Positions 57,401 through 64,000 of a stretch of 64,000 nt of DNA are shown here, piece by piece (the stretch's first letter is position 1; every line of letters starts with the position of its first letter). Origin of the DNA: Styela clava. Lineage: Eukaryota. Under the pieces are notes generated by a model. It was not told the DNA's origin and searched no databases. It saw only the letters and a program-made list of their open reading frames with translations. The position numbers and the translations under genes are program-made. The DNA is taken from contig NC_135260.1 of the NCBI RefSeq assembly GCF_964204865.1, positions 9,610,001-9,674,000 of the forward strand. Direction: 5' to 3'.

Positions 57401-60400
57401 TCAGAGAGTGCCAATGCTGCCAGCCGAGCATTTTAACGTTTCAAGTATAACAAAATGTACTTCATTGGAATAATTTTATTTGGGTAGAAATTGCAAATTC
57501 CACAAGCTCAGTTTTAGAAATCAGCAAGAAAACCAAGTTAGACTTCTTAGCCAAAATCAAAGTTTTTTTTCCCAATTTTTTTGCACATAAATATAATCTG
57601 GAGTAATTCTTTAAAATCCAGAGGTAATGTGGATTATCATTAAAAATATTAACTAAGTTAGATATAAATGTCCTAAGACTAGTGATATAATTTACAATGA
57701 ACTATGCGAATAACAAAAAAATTGTGTATAATTATCAAGTAATCTTAAAATTACTTTAGCATATTTCTGAATGATATAGGCCTATACTTGCCTGTAGGTC
57801 AAGTATGACTAGTGCTGTAACTAGAAATTTGTTAACTGCTTTCAAAAAGTGAAAGTGTATTGAACCATTGTTTAGTGGAGAACTAATCAAGTGAATCACT
57901 ATTGCTTTATTGTTATGCTCAATTTTATTCATATATAATATATGGTTATAGCTAATAGCACTAAAAGAAAAAATATTAAATTTGGATTTATATACAAAGA
58001 ATACTTGTGGATATATGAGTAACGTATTACTGGTAAATGCTAATATGTTGAAATGGTCAACTGGAATTTATCACTGAAAGACGCGATGTTCGACAAACTT
58101 TCATTTAAGCCGCTGATTTTCAGCGCTTCAGCCCCATCGAGTGCAAATTCGAGCCCAATCGAACCTTTTACGATTCCGCAACAAAAGACTCCGTCACCCT
58201 TACGATGGATGACTCGCCGCAGGTCGGCAACTCCAACCAATTTAGGGGAATCTCCTGCGTTGGGTAGGAAAAATAGTCCTGTGGACTCTGTGGTTAATTT
58301 TCTTGGAGATTTTAAAAAAGATTTGGAAACTACTCTGAGATTAAGAGATGTTTATATATTGGACACAGAAGATCAGTTTTTAATGCTTCAGGTCTGTAAA
58401 GAAAAGGTTTCAATATTTAAAGATTTTTTTAGGATTATCGGTGGGATTACAGCGCGGTAACCCGTAATGAGTGGTAGTTTGTATATGAATAAATGATTTT
58501 TGCATTCAACTCAATGAAAGCTCAACTAGTAGCTGATAATTTGGCTTTAGATCAACTTCAAATTTTTTTCCATCATGGCCCACTTGGCATGGCCAATTTT
58601 CTGCGGCCCTCTAGAACTGAAGATAAAAATAAAACAGAATTTATTATTAAAGAAAATATTAAAAAATATATAACAAAAATGACAATACCTTTAATGATGT
58701 CGTTGTGCTTGCATATTCTCACACAAAAAATTGATTGGTGATGGTGGGTCTTAGAATCTAATCAATATTTTGTTTTATCATAAGTTAGTCTTGTTAATAT
58801 TTTACCGCAACCCCAATTAAGCCTGTTCGCAACCCATCGGACGATCCGGACCCCCCCCCCCCCCAATTTGAAGAGCCCTGCCTTAGATCATTGGTTATCA
58901 ACTTTTTTCAATACATTCCACCTTTTCTTATTTTGAAACTCTCCATTTCCCTTGATATGCATAAACTGTGTTTTCGTTTGTTGGTCAATATTTAAAGAAT
59001 CATTATCCTGGGATACATGCAACTCGCACTCTGGCTGTTGAACAGTTTGAATATTTTATATTCACATGAATATGTATTATGATAATACTAAATAAAACTA
59101 TTGGTAATACTACACGCAAAGATAAAGGGCTACCCTTAAACAATTAAAATTCTCTACGACTAGGAAGTCCTGATTTAGATGTTTTGGACTAATATTAATT
59201 GAAACAAGATTTCAGTCTCAGTCTTGCCGTAATTTTTTTCAAAAATATTTTGACTCTAATTTATTGGAATCATATTACTGGTACTAACCAAATTTGTGGT
59301 CTGCGTTATTTTACTTTGTGAATGTATTAGATATCGGTTTCAGATAAAAACCATAAAAAACCATAAATCCTTTGTTGTATTACTATAAATACGTTTTCTC
59401 ACCATGAATTGATTGTTATCAGCATTGTATGGCTTATGGTTTAGCTTCACCGTAACCTGATGTAATTCACAGCAACATGTGCCATTTTTTACAAAATCAG
59501 CCAAAATTTGGATATAGCTTTGTTTTTGGGCAAGTCTTTTGTTAGCCTTTAAAAAATAATACCCTAAGGCAATAAATTATGTGATGATATGCAATTTTTT
59601 GAGTTATATTAGTTTGATCATACATGGCTGTATATGTAACACGCCAACAAGTTTAGCATCTTAAATTTTAATCAATGAATCAAAGCTGTTGTTTTTCAAG
59701 TTTAAATTTGAACACATAACTCAAGTGGACGCTAATGTCCTCATGTCTCGACATCGTTGCCGCAAATTCCTTATTTGGTCTTATCTCAGGATTATTGGTC
59801 ATATTTATTATGATTTGAATCAAGTGCTACTTGAATATGTTTATTATTAAATATTAAAACGATGATGATTGCTATTCAAAATAATTTGACTATTTAAGTA
59901 TGTATACCAGTAACTGGGACCCTCTTTATCAGTATCATATGCAGATTGTAATTACATTATATCAGTAAAATGTTATATTATCTACCTATTTTTTTTCATA
60001 CCATAATCCATTCTGTTACATCGTCCCCATGTATCATCTCATTAAAAAACTGGGAAATGACTCAAAACAACAATGCAGGAAGAATGGTCATATGTGTTTG
60101 CATAACACAGGCAGTAATCGCCTTTGCATTGCAGTTTGCTGCATAAAAATTTCCATATCATGATTTAAATTCATAATGAAGCTTAAGAGTACCTGTTTAT
60201 AGAATAGTGTTATGTGAATACAGGTTGATAGTCATTATGGTTTATTCATGTTTAACAACTCAGAAGGTCTTGACAATACAGTTATAAGAAAATACATTTT
60301 CCATTCATAGTTTACATGAAGTCTATTCCCATTATAGAATAAATTTCAGTTGGGTTCAAGTACTTTTACTTTTTCGTATTGTAATTCTTGATATCAAGCA

Positions 60401-63147
60401 TTTTCTTGCATATGTTCTATGTTTATTATTAACCCATCTATCCATATCCACATGGTTCGGTATTGTTGAATTTTTCCTTATTAAATTTAATTTTAATTTG
60501 ATTTTTCATTCCAATTCTTGTTTTTACAGGACAGTACAGTCTGGGCATTGAATCACATGACTGTGGTACAAGATCTGGTGAATTTTCAACATAATAGTTT
60601 CAGACAGGTAACTATCATCGATTGATATAATAATATACCTATAAATCATTATGACTAAAGATGTCCGAGATATTGTGGTGTTATTTAATTATTATAAAAC
60701 AATTTCAAGTCTCAATGAGGGTTTTACCCACTATTGACTCCAGGAAAATTATTCCTTTACTTTTACGATTGCAAAATTTGTATTACTTATTTTGAGAATG
60801 TTTTCGAGAGCTGGCGCTCAAAGACTGCTTCAGTTGTTTCATAAAATTTTCGATTTGAAATATTTAAACCCCCTCATATTTAAAAGTATCGATATCTTAT
60901 TTCAGTCGAGTAAGTAAGGATTAATAGGCTACTTTCTTAATTACAGCAACTAAACTCCTTGGTAGAAATATCGAGTCGATACCCGATGCCTAAATTTTGA
61001 AAATCAAAATGGCAGAAAGCTAACAAAACGAAAATGAGCTGATGTTAATAACCATGCTTGCAAATCTGTTTTTGTGAAATAAGTGTCTGTGTGGCCACTA
61101 AAATTTTATTTATTATTGTCAAGGAAGTCCAATGCTCTGAGAAAAATCATTAACTCCAGATAATTAGATCTACTAATAAAATTCAATATTCTATTTATGA
61201 CATTTCTTTGTAAACAATATCTTAACTATATTACTGTACTTACTTTTAGGATCAAGATCACTTGGTAAGATATGCTGATGAAGAATGGACCGAAATTGAA
61301 AAAGAATTAGTTCGAGAAAGGGGAGTATGGGGGCCAGAGAAACCAACTTCTCTTCATAAATGGATGTTAGACTCTACGGAAGGCCCGTGTCGCATGAGAA
61401 AAAAGATGACAAGAAACGATAATTTTTATGAACACTATCCTCATCGGACGAAAGAAGAAATCGTTTTATTGGTATGATTTTCTTTGGCTTCGAATATGTT
61501 TTCTAAATGTCTGTACGGATGGGATGAGTACTGTGTTAGGCGGATTCTGTAAATCCCGGTAATAGCTAATCTTTACAGAATTCACATATTCAACCCGGGG
61601 GAGAGTGAGGACGATAATGCAGCTTAATCATATAGCGAACCACGGCCTCTTGTCCGGTTACTAGTTCATGTCGGGTATAAGGTTAGTTAGCCAATTATCT
61701 CTTCCAGATACATGGACTTTCAAGTTCGTTATGTCATGATTGAAATGTGGAAAAAAAGCTGTCAACTGTGCCCCATCAGCGTATTTCATAATTATCTGAT
61801 TATCTGTAATGTTATCACGGGAGCTGAATTCATATTTTCAGTGTTTGAGTCAAAATTTTGAATACTCGGATTCAGAGTTCATACTTTCAAAAGTCATAAT
61901 AGAAAGTTAGAAATCATAATTTTCACAGACACTCAATAAGTATTTAGTTTACCAAGCATTCTTAAGAGTCTATTAAAGGAAACTTGAATACAGCAATGTT
62001 TTATTGTCAAAATTTTTTCAGAGTTCTCTTTTAGTTGTGCTGTTATCATCATGTAACAATAAGAAAATCACGTTTAGCATATTTATGTTACTGAAGACTT
62101 TTAAACAAATAATTTTTGCAACAGAAAATGAAACATCGAAAGCCGATCAGCAAGGATAGTATTAAACAGTACATGCACATTCATGGTCTTCCACCAGAAT
62201 ATGAAGACGATGTTGAAGAATCAATAATTGCTTCAAATCGAATTCCAAAACCTGTTCCTAAACAAGACTCGACCGATTCTTTATCGGAAAACGAAGTTGA
62301 CAATGAAGTCAACAAGAGTGAAATTTCTAGCGAAATCAACGAGAAGATTGTTTCGAATTCGGATGATATCGGAGATCAGGATACAGTTGTTGAAAACGGA
62401 AGTATTCTTGATGAAACACTGACGGAAAAACAAGACAAAAAACTGTTTGATAATGAGAGCGATTCAACCAGCAGTACAGATGAAAGTCACACGGAAGCTG
62501 AAGCAACATTCACAGAAGACGCGGAAAATAATGCTGAGGATGTCAAGAAAACTGAGGTATGGTTTATGAGGCTTTATATCAGATATTATTTATTAACAGG
62601 CCTATGTAATTGAGTTTAGCGTTTTTTTATTGGATTCTAAGCCGCAGTTGTATTTTCAAACTCCCTGGGTTGACATTCTGAATTTCTGGAGTCAAAGCTG
62701 AATTGCAACAGTTCAATAATGATAAAAAAAAGTCAAAATGTTCTCCAAAAACTCAAAACTTCAAGTTTACTAAATTTTTCTAAAAGTCTATAAAATAAGA
62801 CTGGCACACATCAAAATTCGATTTCATCATGAAATTTTTGACAACCCAGACTTAGAATTGAGTGTAAATATTTCACAATTCCCAATTTCCCTTGCTATGA
62901 ACGGACATCCGAAATCATAGCCACTCTTGTCAATTTTTCAGGTCGCTGAATCGGATGGAATTTCTGAAACTGATGAATTACCTGATTTGGTGGAAGTAGG
63001 ACAGAATTCAAACAAAGATGATAAAGCGAATCAAGATTCAACAAAAGAATTTCCAACTTCTGAGTCTCAAGCAAGCCTGGTTGAACAAGAAAATAAACCT
63101 GACAATCAGACTGTTTTGAGACTACTAGAGGATGGAGAGAAAATAAG
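286..63147 (+). CDS. WDFY3: WD repeat and FYVE domain-containing protein 3 (ALFY/blue cheese) ortholog, internal portion, 44 coding exons; 5' and 3' ends outside window
   Basis: Spliced translation gives WDFY3-like motifs: PAEELSHRDDLGLLFSAVTSWCPPHNSVWR, VFRETGGARCAHNLV, GERPFPPPAGLAVSAW, MATDVEGLYAAVKSLVCIVKNN, LGWDWMLLF, LYRSLYRVILYQLSR, LVRERGVWGP...KWMLDSTEGPCRMRKKM, DNQTVLRLLEDGEKI. All introns are GT-AG and the reading frame is kept across every junction. Confidence 0.95.
778..991 (+). mobile_element. ~210-bp interspersed repeat family A
   Basis: GGTACTCC..AGTATGTGTA..GGTTAGGGTTAGG..GGTACACATACTTCT..GAGCGCCC; six copies in the window. Confidence 0.85.
1802..1998 (-). mobile_element. 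Repeat family A, inverted copy
   Basis: Reverse complement of 778-991 with an internal deletion. Confidence 0.82.
2074..2320 (+). CDS. WDFY3: WDFY3 exon 2
   Basis: tgcag|GT..AG|gttggt; KHCISTCIDNL...DFRQCNGYGFLTEFLLR. Confidence 0.9.
3875..4044 (+). CDS. WDFY3: WDFY3 exon 3
   Basis: tgcag|A..G|gtttgt; LELLAEGSE...VPEPVGK. Confidence 0.88.
4342..4549 (+). CDS. WDFY3: WDFY3 exon 4
   Basis: tttag|GG..AA|gtatgt; GASVRNLQAFQVLEQAF...DPANYFIL. Confidence 0.9.
5650..5742 (+). CDS. WDFY3: WDFY3 exon 5
   Basis: ttccag|G..AG|gtaaaa; YFSLLEFVALELSFVPCKELVSL. Confidence 0.88.
6077..6202 (+). CDS. WDFY3: WDFY3 exon 6
   Basis: aatag|G..AA|gtaagt; EVYREVGVLEVLVTCLHK. Confidence 0.88.
6580..6692 (+). 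CDS. WDFY3: WDFY3 exon 7
   Basis: ttcag|G..G|gtgtgt; YAAVLKSSDE...LLKNCPANA. Confidence 0.85.
6967..7184 (+). CDS. WDFY3: WDFY3 exon 8
   Basis: tacag|GT..AAG|gtgatt; GVFRETGGARCAHNLV...DDMGTLLGLL..LKTDILKSLLK. Confidence 0.92.
7760..7847 (+). CDS. WDFY3: WDFY3 exon 9
   Basis: tgcag|GTC..G|gtaatg; VFRKVGGFINVISVLVSVE. Confidence 0.9.
8268..8589. mobile_element. TIR MITE family B (GGGATG.CCAAA termini, ATTCGAAT-rich)
   Basis: GGGATGCCCAAAC...GTTTTGGTCATCCC; related copies at 63217-63476 and 1474-1787. Confidence 0.6.
8653..8789 (+). CDS. WDFY3: WDFY3 exon 10
   Basis: acaag|GT..GAG|gtatta; GCLEDPPVGLW...PSNKRFFHAE. Confidence 0.85.
9204..9385 (+). repeat. Interspersed repeat family C
   Basis: GCGGTACCGGTAGTCTACTGTGAC(G/A)GATTGCATAC shared with about 15052-15180. 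Confidence 0.65.
9421..9788 (+). CDS. WDFY3: WDFY3 exon 11
   Basis: ttcag|GTT..AC|gtaagt; VQFESLRSAVRYLGCF...FLYLLATDSF. Confidence 0.88.
9989..11477. mobile_element. hAT-type non-autonomous DNA transposon (outer element)
   Basis: Termini CAGTGGTCTTCAAA / TTTGGTGATCACTG; 8-bp TSD ATATAACT at 9981-9988 and 11478-11485. Confidence 0.85.
10277..10915. mobile_element. hAT-type MITE nested in the previous element
   Basis: TIR CAGTGGTTCTCAACC / GGTTGAGAACCAGTG; 8-bp TSD ATTTAGGC at 10269-10276 and 10916-10923. Confidence 0.9.
11532..11673 (+). CDS. WDFY3: WDFY3 exon 12
   Basis: cacag|A..CAA|gtgagt; open frame bridging the phases of exons 11 and 13. Confidence 0.8.
12415..12629 (+). CDS. WDFY3: WDFY3 exon 13
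   Basis: ttcag|ATG..AG|gtttgt; ERNEQILCKSGL...HPLNSAIQRIMERLATQ. Confidence 0.9.
13171..13497 (+). mobile_element. SINE-like element of the same family, with an internal 30-bp tandem duplication of the B-box region
   Basis: GCCTG(C/A)ATGGGTTTGCAGGTTCAAATCTTC x2 at about 13224-13284; tail CATATGATTAAGCC..CTTAT..CCGGGATAAA matches the reverse complement of 45985-46030. Confidence 0.62.
13569..13755 (+). CDS. WDFY3: WDFY3 exon 14
   Basis: tacag|G..CAG|gtgaga; DFLRIGDPLHC...RVKNLVSMSTP..FIEFDM. Confidence 0.9.
14669..14771 (+). CDS. WDFY3: WDFY3 exon 15
   Basis: aacag|GGT..G|gtgagt; GCSYLFIPSLFPQ...SGIG. Confidence 0.88.
15905..16085. repeat. Small foldback-like element with ~16-bp subterminal tandem repeats
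   Basis: GGAAAATTCGCCGCA / GGAAATTTCGCCAC repeats on the left; TGCGACGAATTTTCCGG inverted on the right. Confidence 0.5.
21105..21217 (+). CDS. WDFY3: WDFY3 exon 16
   Basis: tttag|GT..GAG|gtgttg; GERPFPPPAGLAVSAWVYIEKF...HPIRLLTV. Confidence 0.9.
21757..21865 (+). CDS. WDFY3: WDFY3 exon 17
   Basis: ttaag|GTT..G|gtataa; CLSIHITAKDKNIIISTQE. Confidence 0.82.
22464..22642 (+). CDS. WDFY3: WDFY3 exon 18 (laminin-G/ConA-like region)
   Basis: cacag|GT..AAG|gtaaag; QWYHIVVVINKATVLKHSTAAAYLNG; an in-phase alternative acceptor giving a start at 22437 is also possible. Confidence 0.82.
22704..22870 (+). repeat. Interspersed GACTCGAGT-rich repeat family D
   Basis: CAGTGTTGA..CTCGAGT..GACTTGACT; related copies at 26485-26650 and, inverted, 48050-48172. 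Confidence 0.55.
23219..23447 (+). CDS. WDFY3: WDFY3 exon 19
   Basis: cctag|TTG..G|gtcagt; LRYIHTNPGG...YVGTPP..LLWRLAS..YQLGPSYIGNFQA. Confidence 0.9.
23916..24049 (+). CDS. WDFY3: WDFY3 exon 20
   Basis: ttcag|AT..GAG|gtagac; LSEEHLCFSL...DSKSIANE. Confidence 0.86.
25086..25250 (+). CDS. WDFY3: WDFY3 exon 21
   Basis: tgcag|CTG..CAG|gtaatg; TPIILVRNSCSHMPGLARSVG...VARVLQ. Confidence 0.88.
25350..26130. repeat. Compound minisatellite of ~21-22 bp and ~43 bp units
   Basis: CTCTGGCTTGACAAAAATTTT(G)A subunit alternating with CTTCAGCTCCAGACTGAATA; source of the spurious repetitive ORFs at 25674-26155. Confidence 0.9.
26302..26448 (+). CDS. WDFY3: WDFY3 exon 22
   Basis: tacag|AAT..CAG|gtagat; VGGSAVILSLVSMATDVEGLYAAVK...EMDRKRGYQ. 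Confidence 0.92.
27114..27266 (+). CDS. WDFY3: WDFY3 exon 23
   Basis: ttcag|GCT..GAG|gttagt; LKRKKALLNSHVLHL...IPNITAFEDLLCDLE. Confidence 0.92.
27563..27636 (+). CDS. WDFY3: WDFY3 exon 24
   Basis: ttcag|GTA..AG|gtaatt; VWHNAPDELHRSLLEH. Confidence 0.9.
27910..28074 (+). CDS. WDFY3: WDFY3 exon 25
   Basis: tttag|T..AG|gtgggt; ends SDLLR. Confidence 0.86.
28712..28827 (+). CDS. WDFY3: WDFY3 exon 26
   Basis: aatag|A..G|gtgagt; FGQFLVSTIP. Confidence 0.88.
30088..30957 (-). CDS. Nested signal-peptide-bearing pterin-4-alpha-carbinolamine dehydratase (PCBD/DCoH)-like protein, copy 1; exons 30957-30643 and 30222-30088, 149 aa
   Basis: [108 protein letters not shown]. Matches PCBD consensus F.F..F..AF.FM..VA..AE..DHHP.W.N.Y..V...L.TH...G....D..LA.FI. 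Phase-0 GT-AG intron; AATAAA overlaps the stop. Confidence 0.9.
31006..31013 (-). promoter_or_regulatory. TATA box of PCBD-like copy 1
   Basis: TATAAATA on the minus strand about 50 bp upstream of the ATG; conserved in copy 2. Confidence 0.65.
31290..31710. mobile_element. hAT-type MITE between PCBD-like copies 1 and 2
   Basis: TIR CAGTGGTTCCCAA / TTGGAAAACACTG; 8-bp TSD CTATAATG at 31282-31289 and 31711-31718. Confidence 0.88.
32615..33497 (-). CDS. Nested signal-peptide-bearing PCBD-like protein, copy 2; exons 33497-33183 and 32749-32615, 149 aa
   Basis: [25 protein letters not shown]...[60 protein letters not shown]; same intron position as copy 1. Confidence 0.9.
33525..33532 (-). promoter_or_regulatory. 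TATA box of PCBD-like copy 2
   Basis: TATAAATA in the same context (GCTATAAATAAGG) as copy 1. Confidence 0.65.
33939..34126 (-). mobile_element. Repeat family A, inverted truncated copy
   Basis: Reverse-complement match; lies between PCBD-like copies 2 and 3. Confidence 0.8.
34572..35364 (-). CDS. Nested signal-peptide-bearing PCBD-like protein, copy 3 (divergent); exons 35364-35050 and 34673-34572, 138 aa
   Basis: MAMVKIVLLLCVTMSCIGTSYS-VID..GW..AIRKNLDFKEFGDAAAFMTKVGLKVNSVCHYPLLENLYKR|VSVTLYTWSKDGITMNDVALAKFIDVAAALFLP*; same phase-0 intron. Confidence 0.87.
35416..35425 (-). promoter_or_regulatory. TATA box of PCBD-like copy 3
   Basis: TATATATAAA about 50 bp upstream of the ATG. Confidence 0.55.
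36287..36487 (-). mobile_element. Repeat family A, inverted copy
   Basis: GGGCGCTGCAGAAGTGTGTGTACC...CCTAACCCTAACCTGGTACACATACTAC. Confidence 0.82.
37466..37580 (+). CDS. WDFY3: WDFY3 exon 27
   Basis: tccag|AT..AC|gtaggt; IHMRNMGIKLL; phase matches exons 26 and 28. Confidence 0.82.
37842..38396. mobile_element. hAT-type MITE
   Basis: TIR CAGGGGTCGGGAACC / GGTTCCCGACACCTG; 8-bp TSD ATCTAGTT at 37834-37841 and 38397-38404. Confidence 0.9.
38657..38773 (+). CDS. WDFY3: WDFY3 exon 28
   Basis: tatag|G..AG|gtatta; FCEDIQRTLGWDWMLLFMQENIHSSTV. Confidence 0.9.
39767..40011 (+). CDS. WDFY3: WDFY3 exon 29 (contains Ser-rich low-complexity segment)
   Basis: ttcag|A..G|gtaggt; RFKYGELCGGWLDGTE. Confidence 0.85.
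40569..40756 (+). CDS. WDFY3: WDFY3 exon 30
   Basis: tctag|GT..CAG|gtaata; GFNVGS...IAGFSAL. Confidence 0.87.
41417..41608 (+). CDS. WDFY3: WDFY3 exon 31
   Basis: tccag|ATT..CAG|gtattt; IDLDTMYEYIFG...ILSMVRSMINQ. Confidence 0.87.
42715..42891 (+). CDS. WDFY3: WDFY3 exon 32
   Basis: ttcag|AAA..TAT|gtaagt; WQNEPSTSWLQTYPIVMLQ...LCATIFP. Confidence 0.88.
43339..43602 (+). CDS. WDFY3: WDFY3 exon 33
   Basis: cacag|ATG..GAG|gtgggt; LSTHPCKKFIF...VIDIILE. Confidence 0.87.
44814..45066 (+). CDS. WDFY3: WDFY3 exon 34
   Basis: ttcag|TTT..G|gtgagt; PERCTTSQLKEFQT...NVAYFASRVVDRVW. Confidence 0.9.
45839..45910 (+). CDS. WDFY3: WDFY3 exon 35
   Basis: ttcag|AC..G|gtaatt; MYNQDTKLFFEFIRKLVVQ. Confidence 0.82.
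45983..46283 (-). mobile_element. tRNA-derived SINE-like element, near full length
   Basis: Minus strand begins with A-box-like TGGCGGATTGTGCTAAGCG and B-box-like AATTCGAATTCC. Homologous copies or fragments at about 13171-13497(+), 26740-26930, 61590-61720, 3540-3810 and 20447-20530. Confidence 0.65.
46420..46645 (+). CDS. WDFY3: WDFY3 exon 36
   Basis: tacag|CT..AG|gtgaat; LYRSLYRVILYQLSR...LCHCLFML. Confidence 0.9.
47417..47508 (+). CDS. WDFY3: WDFY3 exon 37
   Basis: ttcag|T..G|gtgagt; GFGVEEIQRQTTWHI. Confidence 0.87.
48252..48394 (+). CDS. WDFY3: WDFY3 exon 38
   Basis: tctag|CT..AAG|gtatct; AARVWGELMSSKKNSVEDIFK. Confidence 0.88.
49129..49275 (+). CDS. WDFY3: WDFY3 exon 39
   Basis: cccag|GTA..AAT|gtaagt; AAKLWSNYLTLEKK. 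Confidence 0.85.
49907..50005 (+). CDS. WDFY3: WDFY3 exon 40
   Basis: ttcag|AAA..CAA|gtaagt; LGSGRKTKKE. Confidence 0.82.
50793..51008 (+). mobile_element. Repeat family A, full-length copy in a T-run
   Basis: Flanked by TTTTT on both sides. Confidence 0.85.
58053..58391 (+). CDS. Candidate alternative (first or cassette) coding exon of WDFY3
   Basis: 113 open codons of S/P/R-rich protein-like sequence ending CAG|gtctgt in phase 0, compatible with the phase-0 acceptor at 60530. Confidence 0.55.
60530..60607 (+). CDS. WDFY3: WDFY3 exon 41
   Basis: tacag|GAC..CAG|gtaact; WALNHMTVVQDLV. Confidence 0.86.
61250..61471 (+). CDS. WDFY3: WDFY3 exon 42 (DUF1088-like motif region)
   Basis: tttag|GAT..TTG|gtatga; EWTEIEKELVRERGVWG...WMLDSTEGPCRMRKKM. 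Confidence 0.93.
62125..62556 (+). CDS. WDFY3: WDFY3 exon 43 (acidic linker)
   Basis: aacag|AAA..GAG|gtatgg; KHRKPISKDSIKQY then D/E/S-rich. Confidence 0.85.
62942..63147 (+). CDS. WDFY3: WDFY3 exon 44 (start of BEACH-type PH domain)
   Basis: ttcag|GTC..AG|gtttgc; KPDNQTVLRLLEDGEKI. Confidence 0.9.
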
Positions 63148-63216
63148 GTTTGCAGTATAATCGGTATAATATGTTATAACTTTTTTATCCGTAACAGCGC
63201 TCGAAAGAGTAGTCAA

Positions 63217-63476
63217 GGATGGCCAACCAAAACTGAATAATTCAGTATTCCAAATACATTCGAAATTAATCTTTTGTTTTAATTAGTATTCTCTATATTA
63301 TTCTGTCAGGACTTAAATAATTTTTTGTCTATCATAAGATAATATAGGATAATAAATGCTTAAAAAGACATCTTCAAATGAAAATATTCTAAATTCTTCC
63401 TAAAATCAAGAATTTACAAAATCGAATATAAACAATTTCCAATGTATTCAAATATTTGATTCGTTTTGGACATCCC
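63217..63476. mobile_element. TIR MITE family B copy
   Basis: GGATGGCCAA...TTGGACATCCC, opposite orientation to 8268-8589. Confidence 0.55.
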
Positions 63477-64000
63477 GAATAGTAGCTATGATACATAAAA
63501 AGCCACTAAATTTTGAAAGATCAGAATCTTTTTCTTAGGATGTGGTATGAGATTTTCTTACTGGCAAGATGAGACTGTTCATAATAAACATAATAAAGTG
63601 GATCACAATTCACAGTCTCTAATCTATTTACCAATCTAAGTCTGGTGTGTACTTATCTATCCAGCAAATCATTCTACATTCTCGAATTTGGAAGGGGGTC
63701 TTACTTGGATGGGGGTTACATGAAACTCTCTGTCATAACGACTCATCCAGCACTGCACACTAAGATTCGAGCCTATGATAAGATTAAGACCCTTTGTGGT
63801 TGCTTATTTTTACTCTCCAAGTGGCGACCTTGCATGGCTTCTCTACTTTATTGTTCTGATTGTGAATAAATATTGGATGACTCTTAGACTGAATTGCTCC
63901 ACTCAACTGAATTTTGCAATTCAAGATGATGGTATGAACATTGTTTCAACAAAACCATATTTTTATCAAGTAACCTCATTTTGGAATTTGTGGTTGGATA

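Noticed and set aside
588-63869. Most remaining 60-110 aa ORFs in the ORF track
   Set aside because: AT-rich intronic or repeat-derived frames, often with non-ATG starts and without splice support or recognisable homology.

Overview
AT-rich animal genomic DNA with GT-AG introns and many short interspersed repeats. It is invertebrate-like and possibly a tunicate, but the species cannot be proven from the window. The whole window lies inside one + strand gene, an ortholog of WDFY3/ALFY (Drosophila blue cheese), the BEACH-domain selective-autophagy adaptor. I traced 44 phase-consistent internal coding exons from 286 to 63147; the start and the PH-BEACH/WD40/FYVE end lie outside the window. Its three largest introns carry extra content. 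(1) Intron 28828-37465 hosts a minus-strand tandem cluster of three intact two-exon genes for pterin-4a-carbinolamine dehydratase (PCBD/DCoH)-fold proteins. Unusually, they have classical signal peptides, a conserved new Cys pair and a remodelled catalytic His triad, making them candidate secreted pseudo-enzymes or ligand binders. (2) Intron 50006-60529 has a CpG-retaining stretch with CRE sites followed by a 113-codon ORF ending at an in-phase splice donor, a candidate internal promoter and first exon for a short C-terminal WDFY3 isoform. (3) Intron 14772-21104 has faint traces of decayed spliced coding sequence. There are also hAT-type MITEs with intact 8-bp TSDs (one nested in another), a tRNA-derived SINE family, a 210-bp TTAGGG-containing repeat family and a compound minisatellite.
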